A stretch of 64,000 nucleotides of DNA from the NCBI GenBank assembly GCA_047967505.1, contig CM106538.1. One strand, given 5' to 3'. Origin of the DNA: Dipteris shenzhenensis. Taxonomy: Eukaryota. A program made the translations under genes and the position numbers. The notes beneath the pieces were generated by a model. It was given only the letters and a program-made list of their open reading frames with translations, had not been told where the DNA came from and did not search any database. Of the stretch, positions 26,291 through 40,225 are shown piece by piece (position 1 is the first letter of the stretch; every line of letters begins with the position of its first letter).

Positions 26291-29219
26291 GACAAAAGTG
26301 TTGTTAAAAAAGTTTTGTGTCTTAAGAGCTATTGCATGCTACCCACTTTTAAAATTCCCTCAAAATAGTACCCAAATTCAAGATTCTCTCAAAATATTAA
26401 CAAATATTGCATATTAATTTAGAACTATTGCATGTTACCCAATTTTAAGATTCCCTCAAAATATTTCCCAAATTTAGCTAACTTTTGAAAATTGGATGTA
26501 ATTTAAACCAGTGCAAATACTATAGTTTAATAAATTTTCCCAAGTAATTTTAGACATCTTAATATCAAAAAACTATTTCTTTTTATATATTGGATCTTAA
26601 AAAAGAAATAGATAATTCTAAAATCCTTTTAATATTAAGAAAATGAGATGTATATTAATTTTGATGAGATGCACCTTGTGATGCATATTTATTTATTATA
26701 GATTAATGTTTATGACTTTGGGCCTTACTTATTTTCATGGAAGTGATGACCTACTATACACTTTAATGAATGTAGAATGTTAGCAAAACTACATCATATG
26801 ACAATATTCTCCCTCTTGAGATGAGAGCAATAAATGTTTCCATGTTGACTAGTTAGCTAAGTATATTACTTTATTTTACCTTTTTTAAATTATGTTTTAG
26901 ATCAAATATATCGAATGTAAGCCCTCATAAGTGGCTCCCTCATATGCTTGCATTGATAATAGGGCCCTTGAAGGTTTCACCTCACAAAAGTTTAGTGAAC
27001 CTGCATTCAAAAGGAGGGGTATTTTAATTCAACTTTACAATAACAAGAGGAGTTTTTTAATCCAACTTTAGAAAAAATAGAGGGGTGCTTTTATTGGTGG
27101 AAAAATTTTAGTCGAGGGGTTTTTAAATACCTCCCGAACACACGTGATATGTCAGGTTTCTTAGTAGTGCACCACTAGAGACAATATTACCTATTTGTTC
27201 ACCTTATGAGCATCATGAGAAAAGCCAAAATTATAGACATATACAACAAGACTTTGTATGTGGGATATTCAATGACACTTTCAAGTTGAAGATTTATGGA
27301 AGATGGGTAGACTCTTGAGTCTATATCATGAGCAAGCCTTTAATTTCCAAAGAAAGACATTTTCCTCCAAGTCGATGATGTTCTAATTTGAAATTATTAA
27401 CTATTCTTCATTTGATTCTCATTATCCCAATTGTGGTATGATTTGTTGGGTTTATGGTGGATGGTCTAGATTAGCTACATATACATTTATCCCCCTCCTC
27501 ACTCTTTATCAATTGGTTGTCTAATGCATATGTTTGTGTGGTTGCATGTAAAGGCACCAAATCTTGGTCATACAATATCATACTAGCACAGGTGTAGTGG
27601 AGGAAAACAACTTTGGGTTCTCCAATACCATATTATTGTCCACCGTAATGGGGAGACAAGAAGATGGGTGACCTGAAGGACAAGTAGAATCCAAATAAAG
27701 AAGCAATAGTAGAAGAGGAATGCAAGGCAACCCATAGAAAGAAGCATTTAACAAAGGACATGTGAGCTTAATAATACCACAAAAAATATCATAGGACGTT
27801 GTCCAATATAAAATGCCATATGTGGATTTGCAAGAACCTTACCAATTTTTAGGAGTGAGAGAAGGCACCTCCTTGGGATCAATGATAGAAAACTCTTACC
27901 CTAGATAATAAATTAGCATGACTGGTCATATCCAAACAAAAGATTAGGTTCAAAACTGATCTTCTTTCATAAGTCTCAAGCACGTGCTCATCTCCCTCGT
28001 CCCCCTCCATCTTTGAAATCAATGTTGTTTCTAAAGTCCTTGGCACTTTCTTTGACGTCATTATTTTTTCCAAGTCGTCAAATATAAGTGTTGCTTTTAC
28101 CACCACCAATATTAGTATTTGTTATTGTTAATATTAATAGCAATGGTAACTTGAATCGCCTCTAAGCAATGCCTATTTTGATGCTGATGTATTAAAAACT
28201 CTTATTACAGATAGTGTCATAACTAGCTGCATAACTTTAAGTTTTCCACCCAAATTGGACAATCAAAATGCAGATGGTTTTTTCCATAACAGAAACACTT
28301 GATTTTAGATGGACCGGCCTTCTCTTTGCCATTCTTCCCCTTGTCCTTCTTCTCGGGACGCGGTGGTTTGCCACTCGGTGCTTGGATATCAGTTGCCACT
28401 TTTTACCATTAAACTAACAATCTGACTCATTATGGCCAAATTTGGTACATGTATTACAATACTTAGTCTTGCATTCCTCTTCACATGTCCACCTCTAGAA
28501 CATTTATTACACCACTTCTCATTGTTACTTGGCTTACCTCCAATGCCCAATTATTTAGGGCCTTCTTTTAATTTGTCTTTCTTTGTAGGCATCTCCTTGG
28601 CATCATTGTTAGCATCTTTCTTCTTTACCTTGTTTTTTGAGCCCTCACTCTTCTCCAAGACGACAACTCGGTTTAATAGTTCCTCATAGGTCCTAGTCAG
28701 GTTTATTATCTCTAGCTTATGCAAATCTACCTAGGTACAACCTGTGATTAGCCAGGCTTGCATAGACGTATCATCCAGAATCATACTCAATTGATTGATA
28801 AGAGCTCTCATCCTAAGCACAAAGTCTTGGAAAAATTCTCCCTTGTTCTGCTTTAGTTCACTAAGCTTCATCCTCACATCTTCCTCATTGATATCTTACC
28901 GGAACCTTCGCAAGAATGCTTCAGACATTGCATACCAATCAACGAAATACCCAATCAGAAACTGATTGAACCACCTTTGAGCATTTTTAATTAAGGTGCT
29001 GGAAAATAATCCAAATACTCTCCATTTGTTGTCGCACCATTGATATGATCGACACGCAAAAAACTTTGCAAGTGACTGTCAGTGTCTTCATCATCTATGC
29101 CTTCGAAGTTTTGAAACTTCACGTTGATGATGAAGCTAGACTTAAAATTTTTTGCTCGAAAACCCGAGGAGGCAGGTCTTCCACTCAGAAGAACCAAGTC
29201 ACCAACTCTTTATCTATCA

Positions 29220-29935
29220 TGTTATGGAAATTATATTTTTTGATATATCTTGCTTTGGATATTATTACTTTAGTCAAGTGTGACTATGGCAAAGTACTCC
29301 ATAGGAGCGCACCGGATGTGGCGAGGGTCCTAGTGGATACTTTGTTTGGTTAGTTGGGGATGTCTAACTAGCTTGTGTTTTGCCATGCTAGATGGTCAGT
29401 ATTGTGGGTGATTCCATGTTAATATTGATGTCACTATGTTATTAGTGTTGTGCTTGATTATTGTGCTTTGAGCACAATTATGTTGGGATTGGTTGATTTG
29501 GTGATTCGTTCAATCGATTCTTAATAACTAATGTAATTGGCAGCTTGAGTACAAGTGATGGAACTCATAGCGAGGATTAGAGTTAGTGCGAGTGTACCGA
29601 TCGAGGTGTCTCACAGCACATTATATATTATATGGCCATGGGCCAAATTTTTGTATTTGTTTTATTATTGCAAGTTTGAGCAATATATTTTGTAGTGGAC
29701 ATAATTCATTTTGGGCCCTAAGATGGCTATGTAAAGCAAATCCCTCATTTTTGGATGAGAGGGATCATTTTGGCTCCTTGGTGCTTTTATAAATACTCTA
29801 GATGAGGAAGCATGAGGCACTCATCTAGGGGGGGAGATTGTACCCATGCTATCATTCTCGTGGTGTGATTGTGCTTTTCTTCTCCAATTGATTAAGTTGT
29901 AAATTTGTGTGAAAAGAATTACCTTTCTGGTTTCA
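29220..29935 (+). repeat. 5' LTR (TG...CA)
   Basis: Begins tgttatggaaa, ends tggtttca; near-identical to 35359-36078. Confidence 0.95.
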
Positions 29936-29936
29936 A

Positions 29937-29948
29937 TGGTATCAGAGC
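29937..29948 (+). promoter_or_regulatory. Primer-binding site, initiator tRNA-Met
   Basis: tggtatcagagc, 1 nt after the 5' LTR. Confidence 0.95.
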
Positions 29949-31212
29949 AAGGTTATGCTCTAAGGTTCGGAGAGGGGAAGCTCTCTCTTGAGTTACACAA
30001 AGAGAATTCAAGGAATCAAGGATGTGTAAAAAGTGACACATTTGAAAAGTTCACAGCTCATGAGAAACGAGAAGCTCTCTATGGTTGTAATAGCCTTGCC
30101 ATCACCTAGAAAGGAGCTAATTGTAAGTTACGGGGCAATAAAGGACAGATTTATCGAGATCTATGTCTAAGGTTACGAATCTTTTATAAAAAAAAGAAGA
30201 GAACTGTATGACAAGAGCTTCTCTATGAGCACACAACATCCGCCTTTGGAAGTCTTGGATCATAAATTCTATGCGCACCCGTGACAGATGACCTACAGTG
30301 AACAACCTGCAATAACTAAGGGGAGGCCAGAGGAGCCTAAAGCCCTCTAGAGTCAGTGGTTTTTCCTTATCTTAGCTTGCGCAGCTCCTCGGTTAGCCGC
30401 GATCGAAGTCACCTTGGGACTAGAGATCTTCTTGGTCTGTGCGTGCTCATCTGCATCTTCGTGACCCACACCAGCCTGCATCGCTTTCATAACCTTGTAT
30501 TAGCATTGAGTGCAGCCAACAATCGAGTAGCCAGCCCCCTCCAGAGACCTTAGAAGTCTCTCTCCCTCTATGCTCTATCGTTAGCAAACATGTAGCCGCC
30601 TGTAGATTTTCGACCCACGTACTCTTGCACTTCGAATTCCAAATGAAAGTATAGTGAAGCAGGTCCTCTGCCATCGTGATAACCAAAATCTACTCCTTAA
30701 TCCGACACCTGCTACAACAAGGTATTAAGACAATTTGAGAGTCTCTCTACGACTCTACCTGGCTATGGCTTTGAGGATTGAAGCACAGGCTTAAAGGATT
30801 CCCTTGATTTCCTTAAAAAAAGCAAGGGACCCCAAGGTTCAAAAAGCCCTTCAAAAATGATTTATTATTATTTTATTTTGTTTTTAAAAGAAGGCAAAGC
30901 AAAGTTTGAGAAGCTCGAATTAAGAAGGTGATTGGAACCACAAATCACTGAGCAATTAATTGGAGATCAGTCGAGTGCAAAGACGACTACGAGTGACATC
31001 ATTGGTCACATATCTCCCACTCTAGTCCTTTTGACCTCCGATTAAAGAGTGAGATAAGTGATTTCTTTTGCTTTATATTTCATACACTTAGTATCTTCCG
31101 CCATCCATTTCTTACCATACACTCGAATTACACTTTTTCATTCATTTAATTCTCATACACTTAGTATCCTTATCTTTCTCTGCTCCACTTTATTTGTACT
31201 TATCGCATTATC

Positions 31213-34200
31213 ATGGCACATCAGCCACAACCACCCAGGCTCCAACAGTTAGACGCACTTCAGGCATAGTTAGCCGATTAGCGTGAGCATAGGGAGAGAT
31301 TGGAAAAGAAAATCAATGGTAAGAAAAGGAAGAGACATATATCTGATGATGAGTCATTAGATAAGTAGAAAAGCTTTCTCATTTCAAATTTTCGATGGAA
31401 AGAAGCACGCACTGACTTGTCTTGGATCAGTCAGCTAGACAATTATTTTTCAGGGGAGAAATTCTGTGAAAAGGATAAGATTAAATGTGCTGCAAATCAT
31501 TTGGTAGAGAGTACTGCACTTTGGTGGAACATCACTAAGCATAGTAAAAGGCGACCAAAATCTTGGAAGTCTTTTCAAAAGCTCATCAAGAGAGATTTCT
31601 TTCCCTCACATTTCAAAGCAAAAACCAGACAACAATGGGATACTTTCAGGTAGTTCGATAAGGAAATGATCTCCACATATACTGATAGATTTTGGCAAAC
31701 GTTGATCCAATTACAATCCTTAGAGAAAGTTAATGAGCGAGATCAACTCAGGAAGTATGTGGCAGGTCTAAAGTCTAAGTTGAGAGCCAAGATTAACATG
31801 TTTCATCCTCGCTCACTGAGCTTTGCAATTTCTCTTGCAATGAATTGTGAAAGGAAGAATGGAATCCTAAAAGAAGGGAAAGATTCAGAACGGCACGTAC
31901 CCTTCCATAAGAAAAAGAGATTTGATAAAAAGCCCTTCTTTAAATCTAAAAATGGTTTTGTTCCACAGAAGATAGATTCTTCTTCGAAGCTGAACGGTGG
32001 AAATTTTCTAAAGAAAGAAATAAGGTGTTTCAAGTGCAACAAGGTGGGACACATAGCCACTAAGTGTCTTGAAAGAAAGAAGACCCTGACAGCAAAAGTG
32101 CACATGATTGACGACGAAGCAGCCAAACAAGAGGGAGGTAAGTATAATTGTCATGCTCTTGTAAAGATGAAAGGTTTCATTAATGGCAAAGAGGTTGTTA
32201 TTCTGCATGACGATGGTAGCACACATGATTTCATTTTGGAAAGAGCCTTAGCAAAGCTAAACCTAGAGTCTTTCCCATCTAATTATAAGGACAAAGCTGC
32301 TTTTACCAAAACAAAGTATGATTACACTAGAGAAGTCAAGAATCTTGAAATCTCAATCAAACCCTACAAGGACACATGAGACTTTCTAGTGGCACGCCTA
32401 CAGAAAATGGACATCATCTTAGGAATACCATGGAGGCATCAATATAATCCTAAGATAGATTACAATTCACATCAGATGCAGATTGAGGACAGATAAGAAA
32501 TATGTCTGAAAAGTTCAATGAGACCTGAGATCAGTCCTTTACTCAACCACACACAAGCCAAAAGAGCAATTAGAAAATGTGAGAAGACATATCTAATTTT
32601 GGTGAATAGAGTAATGGCTACTCAGCCAAACACTAAGCATAGAGTCAATCAGCTAGAACAAAAAGAGATTCAAAAGCAAGTGGAGGAACTGATAGAGAGA
32701 GGATCAATAAGACCCATCAGTTCTCCCTATGGAGCACCTGTCTTATTACTCAAAAAGAAAAATGGAACTTATCGAATGTGGATAGACTATCGTGCACTAA
32801 ACAAAATCACAGTGAAGAACAAATATCCAATCCCTAGGATTGATGATCTTTTGGACAAATTGAAAGGGGCCAAGGTCTTTAGTAAGATAGATCTCAAATC
32901 GGGCTATCATCAAGTTTGTATGGTAGAAGAGGATATATACAAGACTACTTTTAGAACTCAAAGGGGACATTATGAATTCCTAGTTATGCCTTTTGGGCTA
33001 ACCAATGCTCCAACCACTTTTAGTAGAATGATTAACTGAATCTTTCTTAAACACAAGATTGTATGGTAGTATTTTTTGATGATATTCAGGTGTTTAGCAA
33101 AGATGTTGAGGAGCAAAAAGAACATCTCAAGCTAGTCTTTTCACTCTTGAAAGAAAATCAATTGTACATAAATCCTGAAAAGAGTAGTTTCTTTCAAGAT
33201 AAGATAGAGTATTTGGGTCACATTGTATCTACCGATGGGATTCGAGTAGATCCAAAGAAGATTGAGTGCATAATCACATGGCCTAAACCCCGAGATATAC
33301 ATGAATTAAGATCATTCTTGGGATTGTGTAGCTTTTATAGAAAGTTTGTCAAGAATTTTGAATACATTGCACATCCATTGATAGACCTTCTTAAAAAAGC
33401 TAAGCATTTCTTATAGACTGAGCATCAAGATAAATCTTTTATAGCTTTGAAAGAAGCTCTCACACAAGCTCCTGTGTTGCAACTACCTGATTTCTCTAGA
33501 CCATTCTTTATAGTTGTAACTGATGCTAGTGGATATAGAATTGGAGCCGTACTTATGCAAGATTGGCATCCAATAGCATATGAGAGCCAAAAATTAAAAC
33601 CAACAGAATGCAATTATAGTACATATGAGAAAGAATTAACCGTTTTTGTGCATGCTTTATGAATGTGGAAACACTATTTGATGGGAGCTGAGTTTCTTAT
33701 CAAAACCGATCAGTAAAGTATCAAGCATTTGTTGACTCAACCACTTATATCCGATAGGCACATCAAATGGGCATCATTTATACAGAGTTTTCAGCCCATG
33801 ATTCAGTATCAACCTGGAAAAGAGAATGTAGTTGTTGATGCTCTTAGTAGAAAGCCTAGTATTAATCACATCACTGTTGTAGAGACCCAGCCTTTCGAAG
33901 GTATGAAGAATTCTTATCAAGAGGATCCAGACTTTTCCGATATATGGAACAAATTAGGAATAACAATTGGAGTCCTATGTTGGACTATTCATGCAATGAT
34001 GGATACCTCTTTTATCAAAAGAAATTATGCATCACTCGACCCTTTAAACAAATTGTAATGGACGAAATGCACCAACCACCATATATGGGACATAGGGGAG
34101 TGACTGCCACTTTACAAGTGATAGCAAGAGAATTTCATTGGCCTACTATAAGAAAAGATGTGGCTAAGTTTGTAGCCGAATGCATCACTTGTCAAAAGAT

Positions 34201-35329
34201 CAAGAGTTACAAAGGAAAGACCCCAGGATTGCTAATGCCTTTGCCTATTCCTACACAACCTTGGGAACAAATATCTATGGATTTCATAATTGGTTTTCCT
34301 ACTACAACGAATCAAAATGATATGATTTGGACAATAGTAGATCGCTTTAGTAAGCAAGCTTATTTCATCCCATGCAAGAAGACTTTAACGGCTCAGCAAG
34401 CTGCACATTTATTCATCAAGCATATCTTTGTTCATCATGGCTTGCCAAAGATTATAGTGTCTGATCGAGATTCGAAGTTTTGCAGTAATTTTTGAACTGC
34501 ATTATTTCATAATCTAGGCATTGAGTTAGATTTCTCATTAGCCTTTCATCCAGAATTGAATGGACAAACTGAGGTTACAAACAGTACTATTCTGGATATG
34601 ATAAGAGCTTATGCGGGAAGTCAACCAAAGACTTGGGACAAATATCTTCATCTCTTATAGTTTGCCTATAATAATACTCCTCATTCTGCAACTAGAAGAG
34701 CACCCTTTGAGATTATCTATGGGAAGGTTTTACCTATTCCTATCACACGATTGACCCATAGAGTGGAGGCAGCAGATGCATTTACCCATGACTATCAAAA
34801 TATTCTCAAAGAGGTTCAAGAGGCCATTGCAATAGCTCAAGAGAAGTACACAAAACAAGCTAATAAGAAACGAAAACACATGCTTTTTAAAGGTGATTAT
34901 GTACTTCTTCGAATTGAGAAAAGAAGATTGAAGAGTGTTGAGAAATGGCCAGTAATCAAGATGTCACCACGTTTTTATGGACCATTCAAGGTGATTCAGA
35001 AAATCAATGATCTAGCTTATAGGCTTGAATTACCTGATAATTGGAAAATACATAATGCTTTCCATATCAGCCTCTTAAAGCCCTTCAAAGGACCTTTACC
35101 AATTCATCATGTCTATGAAGAGGCTCCATTGATTGTTGATGAAGAATAAATCCTAGAACCTGAATGCATTATTGATCATCAACAGATCTCGACTCGAAAA
35201 GGAAATGTCTATGCTAAATATTTGCTCAATTTTAAGAATCATCCGAGAGATGATGCTCAGTGGATGCGTGAGCAGTTCTTTCGAACTTTTCCAAACCTTC
35301 TTAGTTCCTATAATCAAACACGCAATTGA
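31213..35329 (+). pseudogene. gag-pol polyprotein with premature stops/frameshifts
   Basis: Zn knuckle CFKCNKVGHIATKC; protease [35 protein letters not shown]; RNase H TDASG; integrase H..GHRG/CITC, SMDFI, IVSDRD, GPFKV; chromodomain ILEPECIIDH...KYLLNFKNHPRDDAQW after the stop at 35149. Confidence 0.95.
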
Positions 35330-35346
35330 GGTCACAGTTGCAATCC

Positions 35347-35358
35347 AAGCAAGAGGGA
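35347..35358 (+). other. Polypurine tract
   Basis: aagcaagaggga immediately before the 3' LTR. Confidence 0.8.
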
Positions 35359-36078
35359 TATTACGGAAATTATATTTTTTGATATATCTTGCTTTGGATA
35401 TTATTACTTTAGTCAAGTGTGACTATGGCAAAGTACTCCATAGGAGCGCACCGAACGTGGCGGGGGTCCTAGTGGATACTTTGTGTGGTTAGCTAGGGTG
35501 CCTAACTAGCTTGTGTTTTGCCATGCTAGATGGTCGGTATTGTGGGTGATTCCATGTTAATACTAATGTCGCTAGTGTTATTGGTGTTGTGCTTGATTAT
35601 TGTGCTTTGAGCACAGTTATGTCGGGATCGGTTGATTCGGTGATTCGTTCAATCGATTGTTAATAACCCATGTAATTGGCGGCTTGAGTACAAGTGATGG
35701 AACTCATAGCAAGGATTGGAATTAGTGCGAGGGTACTCGAGGTGTCGCACAATGCATTATATATGGCCATGTGCCAAATTTTTGTATTTGTTTTATTATT
35801 GCAAGTTTGAGCAATATATTTTGTAGTGGACATAATTCATTTTGGGCCCTAAGATGGCTCTGTAAAGCAAATCCCTCATTTTTGGATGAGAGGGATAATT
35901 TTGCTCCTTGGTGCTTTTATGAAATATCATAAATAGTCTGGATGAGGAAGTGTGAGCCACTCATCTAGGGGGGGAGATATTACCCAGTCTGCTGTCGTTC
36001 TCGTGGTGTGATTGTGCTTTTCTTCTCCAATTGATTAAGTGGTGAATTTGTGTGAAAAGAATTACCTTTCTGGTTTCA
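35359..36078 (+). repeat. 3' LTR (TG mutated to TA)
   Basis: Begins tattacggaaa, ends tggtttca, followed by the TSD. Confidence 0.95.
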
Positions 36079-37649
36079 TATCATAACCACCTTCTTAGTT
36101 GTGAGGTCGCTGTAGACTCTCTCTAACTCGGTTGGTACTATCTTTAGGCCTTAAGGGTATAGCTTGACGTATGCCTATCGATCGAGTAGTATTTATGTGT
36201 GTTGTAAGAGGAACTCGGGCAAACTGCCTTAGTTGCTCTTCATTCACCTCGGGTCTACGGTGGTGTCTCTCTTCATTAGAAGCACACTTGTCCTCCCGAG
36301 GATCAGTTCTTTGTCCATAAGCCGTAACCTGCCTTCTGTCTTCATACCTTTCTCGATACAATCCTTCTAGAATGATAACCAAGTACTATAGAAAATATTC
36401 TCATCACTCTCTAAGTTGGTCTTCACGTTCATTCTAGTGCTCTACTGAGGAGATGGCCATTTGCTCAAAATCCAAACTCTCCATGGATGAGTGTTCAGAC
36501 TCCATTTGCCAGGACGGACCTTCATCTACCAATCTTATGGGTCGCCTCGGACCAACACCATTGTTCCGACCTAGCATTGCATAATAATCAACTTCCACCC
36601 CTAGGGTAGCATAGTTGAGTCTCTCTCCTCACGCTTGTCGCTCGTGTTGGACAGTTGCTTTTGCTAGCATCCATTGGGCTTTAAACTCTGGTTCTGAGAT
36701 TGCTCCACTTCTCATAGTTGGATGTAGCCAATGCCTTTGGCTTAGATATTATTCACGTTTGGCCGCGTATCTTCTTCATCTTTCCAAGTGTGTGCCAGCC
36801 ATTGCTTAAGGCAAAAAGTAGTCAAATAGCAATCTGAGTACTTTCTGTATTCCGCACACTGGTCTTCAAGCACACTACTAGTCGATGCCACTTATTCGAA
36901 GTTACTTGAATAAAATTTTTGTAGTAGCCCATGATTCCCAATAACTATTTTACTTCGTCAATGGTTAACATGAACTCTCTTCTCGTTCTACCCTGGCTCT
37001 AAGCTTACCAACTTGATTCTCTAAATCTCCTATTCTGATAGCTCGTCAGTTCAAAATTCAGTTGACCCTTCCCCAGTAGGATCGCCAAAATGTTGACGGT
37101 CTGATTCCCTCACCCGACTAGCTCAGAATTGCTCGATGATAGCCCAACCCAGTGTTGTGCTTGATGAATATGCTCTCTCTTGTGGGTGTAGAACAAGTGC
37201 AAACATATAAAACACTTGGAGGTTGAGGTTGGCTATTGTAGGAGATCCGTGTGATCATGGGAGGATACTGAGTCGTGCACACAATTCAAACACTTAGACA
37301 AGGGAGTATACACAATAGAATTGAATAAACAATCAATCGTTCACCTCTATTGAATCACTTGATAACAACCAAGTCATCTTGGCTTGCAATGGACACTCTC
37401 TATCCTAGAAAACTTAGGTAAGAGAAAGAGAACTCAACACACAACTCTCTTGTTCTCCCCTCTCCCTATTACAATCATATCACTACCTAAAGAACCATCT
37501 TCCAAAAGAGTATGCGATTAGTGTGCCAACCTCCATCTGCTAATCGGTTTTGTTGCCACAATCAACTACACCTTCGCTACAAAACTGGTGCTCGGCTGAC
37601 TCCACCACTTCCAACCGAGGTCGACACTCGGTGACTATGTGCCTGTTAG

Positions 37650-39110
37650 GCTAATTGGGGGGTAACAGCAACCTAATACGCATGCAAAGGCCTAGGGTCT
37701 GAGCATCTACACCCCCCGTATGAGAGAGGTGGAGTCTTGCAAGCCCGAGGAGTCGACTTGCTATTGAGGAGAGGTCGTTGGGGTAGACTTTGTCTTGCCC
37801 TTGCTCACAAATGAGGGGTCCACTGCAAATCTGGGATGGGTGCAAGAGGAAGAGACCTTAGCTGAAGCTATTGTTGTCTGAGGAGACGGAGCAGGTGGAG
37901 GAGGGGGGGTGAGTGGTGAGGGTAATCACATAAGGAGGAGCATGTTGAGGGGGGGGAGGTACAGAAGGGAGTTGCAAAGAAGGGGCAGATGGGCCCACGG
38001 GGGACACGGGTGAGGGGTCCAATGGGGGCGAGGGGGAGGGTGTGTAGTATCTTTTACGAAGGTCGCTACGGTGAAGGCACCTGAGGCTCCTCCTTCGCCC
38101 CTCGAGGAGGGTGAGTTGGTGGGACTATGGACATTGATGCTCTGGAAGCCTCTGATGCCTGCTCTTGTTGCTAAGGAGGATCCCGCGAGCACGAGGTCAC
38201 CGCGGAGGTCCTGAATAATGTGTTGAAGTCAAGGGCCCTCTCTCCAAATCTCGTAATACGCATGTTTAGGGGCCTCCGATTCGGTCTCCTTGTGACTGTG
38301 TAGTTGCCTGTGCTCGCCTCTTACGGTTGGTATGCTACTGGAGTGCTACTGTTGGTTCTTTTTGGTGCATTTACTCCTCTTCTTCTTCCCCACGTTGGTC
38401 CACCTTTTCTCCAAACACTCAACCCAAGGGTCTGGGACTCTATCTACTACTGTTGAGACTGTTGATGTGTTTTCCTGGATGTGGTCGAGTCTCAACCTCT
38501 TGAAATGTCATTATGCTGTCCTTGTGTCTCCTATGGGAAGGGATGAGCCCTGCTCAAGCCTCTTGTACAATCCCTAGCTAGGTGCCCCATATGTTTGCTC
38601 CAACATTGGCCTAGTAATCTAGAGACCTCCAGTCTCTTCCGAAGTGTACCTCCCTCAAGAGTCTCCAAGAGAATCACCTCTGGGAGGGCATCCAAGCTCT
38701 CTTCAACCAACTGGAGACAAGGAACTCTGTCATCTATCACAGTAGATGCCTCCAACTCTGAAGGGTACTCTAGAACCATGCCGAATGCCCATTTGATAGA
38801 AGGATGGCCATGTATTCCCTTCGAAGCCTCGGAAAGTGGAGTGTCACTGGAAAGCAGAAAACGTGGTGAGTCAAGTACATGTCCTCCATAGTAAATCCCA
38901 TGATACCAAGGGATAAGATACACCATGGTGAGTCGAGTCCATGTCCTCCACAGTAAATCCGTGATACGAAGGGATAAGATACACCAAATGTGGCCTACCA
39001 TAGGGATCCTCTCCACAAGAGCTAGAGCATTATTCGGGGAGTCAAGTTGGAGGAGAACCACAACTCATCCATAAATGGCGACCTCCTGCACAAGAGAGAG
39101 AGGACTGCTG
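37650..39110 (-). mobile_element. L1-type LINE ORF1 remnant
   Basis: ORF 38531-39061 ends in a degenerate knuckle (GQCWSKHMGHLARDC) after a segment resembling plant LINE ORF1 (DUF4283-like), followed by Pro-rich low-complexity sequence. Confidence 0.55.
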
Positions 39111-39449
39111 CCCATCTAGTAGAAATGGAAGGGAAGTACCTACTGAATCGTCGAAAGAAGTGATGTAATAGCCATTATTCATAGGGGAAGGAATATGGAA
39201 AAATGAAGGTGTAGCCCCAAAGTACTTCCAAAAAAATCCCTGCCCTCTTTAGGGTATGCACAAAGATAAGTTGTCATACGCATTGCCTAGGTTCACCTTC
39301 TTGCCACAAATTTACTATGGTGCATGCCTATGTCCTTAAAAAGGATAAAAACAAAAAGATACATAATTTTGACTTGATATGCATCTGGATGAACCTCATT
39401 ATGTTCATTTGGAACACCAATGATTGGTATGGGTCGAGCTTCAATGCCA

Positions 39450-40225
39450 TTCATGCCTTTGGTTGGACTTCCACGTAATTTTGTGTTTCACATTCATGTA
39501 GATAGTTCTCTTTACAATTACACAGAATATGTACAAATTTGGAATACACTCCCCAACTATATTCGCACAATACTGTGTAGTCATCCACTCTCTTGACTTT
39601 GGGTATTAAGCCTTCCATGCCCTTTATGCCTTGCTTGGCTATCCATGCATGCCTCCCACCCACCCATCTTGATAGCTAGTCTCATCATTGTTCCGTATTT
39701 GAGATGGCTCGAAATGATGATGACAATATAAGGACTCCACCTTGTCATATAATTTAAAGAAAAATATTGTTGAGATTTGTAGCATCATCATGCTTTGGAC
39801 CATGATGAATAGGATCGTGATTCCTCCTTTGAAAACCAGTCTACTAACTTCTACCAAGAATGCCCTTTATAAGGGGGTTATTTCATAAAATTTTGTGACC
39901 TTAATTTTAGCTCAACGGAGTTCAGATGCTAAAAACTATGTGTGTGCTCGTAGTGCCAATTCTTGATATGCTTCTCCTCATCCTTGCTCAATGCTACATT
40001 AGGGGCCCTCCACTTTTAGCTATTCCTCCCATCAAGGCCCCTCCATTGGGAATTAGTCCTCTCATCAAGTTGTTGGAACTTGTCCTCCCAGCCTAGCAGG
40101 TTTAGAACAGAGGATGGCCCCATTCGATACTTGTAGGCTATAGATCATGCCACTGTTAACATCTTGGTCTATAATCATCATGTCCCGCACAGTCCACATG
40201 CTTATCTCATATGATTTTTCCTTCT
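39450..40225. repeat. Dispersed repeat, copy 2 of 1795-2430
   Basis: Colinear with copy 1, with an unmatched segment at ~39660-39935. Confidence 0.7.

Larger units (their letters stand above)
29220..36078 (+). mobile_element. Full-length, inactivated chromovirus (Ty3/Gypsy) LTR retrotransposon
   Basis: LTRs 29220-29935 and 35359-36078; TSD TATCA at 29215-29219 and 36079-36083; PBS; PPT; gag-PR-RT-RH-INT-chromodomain order. Confidence 0.97.
27580..37640 (-). mobile_element. Degraded Tat/Ogre-like Ty3/Gypsy element (5' LTR end, PBS, gag), interrupted by the chromovirus
   Basis: On - the LTR ends ...caaca at 37091, followed by PBS tggcgatcctactgggga (37070-37087), which resembles the tRNA-Arg PBS of Tat/Ogre elements. 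Gag fragment FQNFEGIDDEDTDSHLQSF at 28991-29197. Outer limits approximate. Confidence 0.6.

Noticed and set aside
31651-35149. Stops repaired by U-to-C RNA editing
   Set aside because: That editing is organellar; some stops derive from TGG (G>A) and frameshifts are also present.
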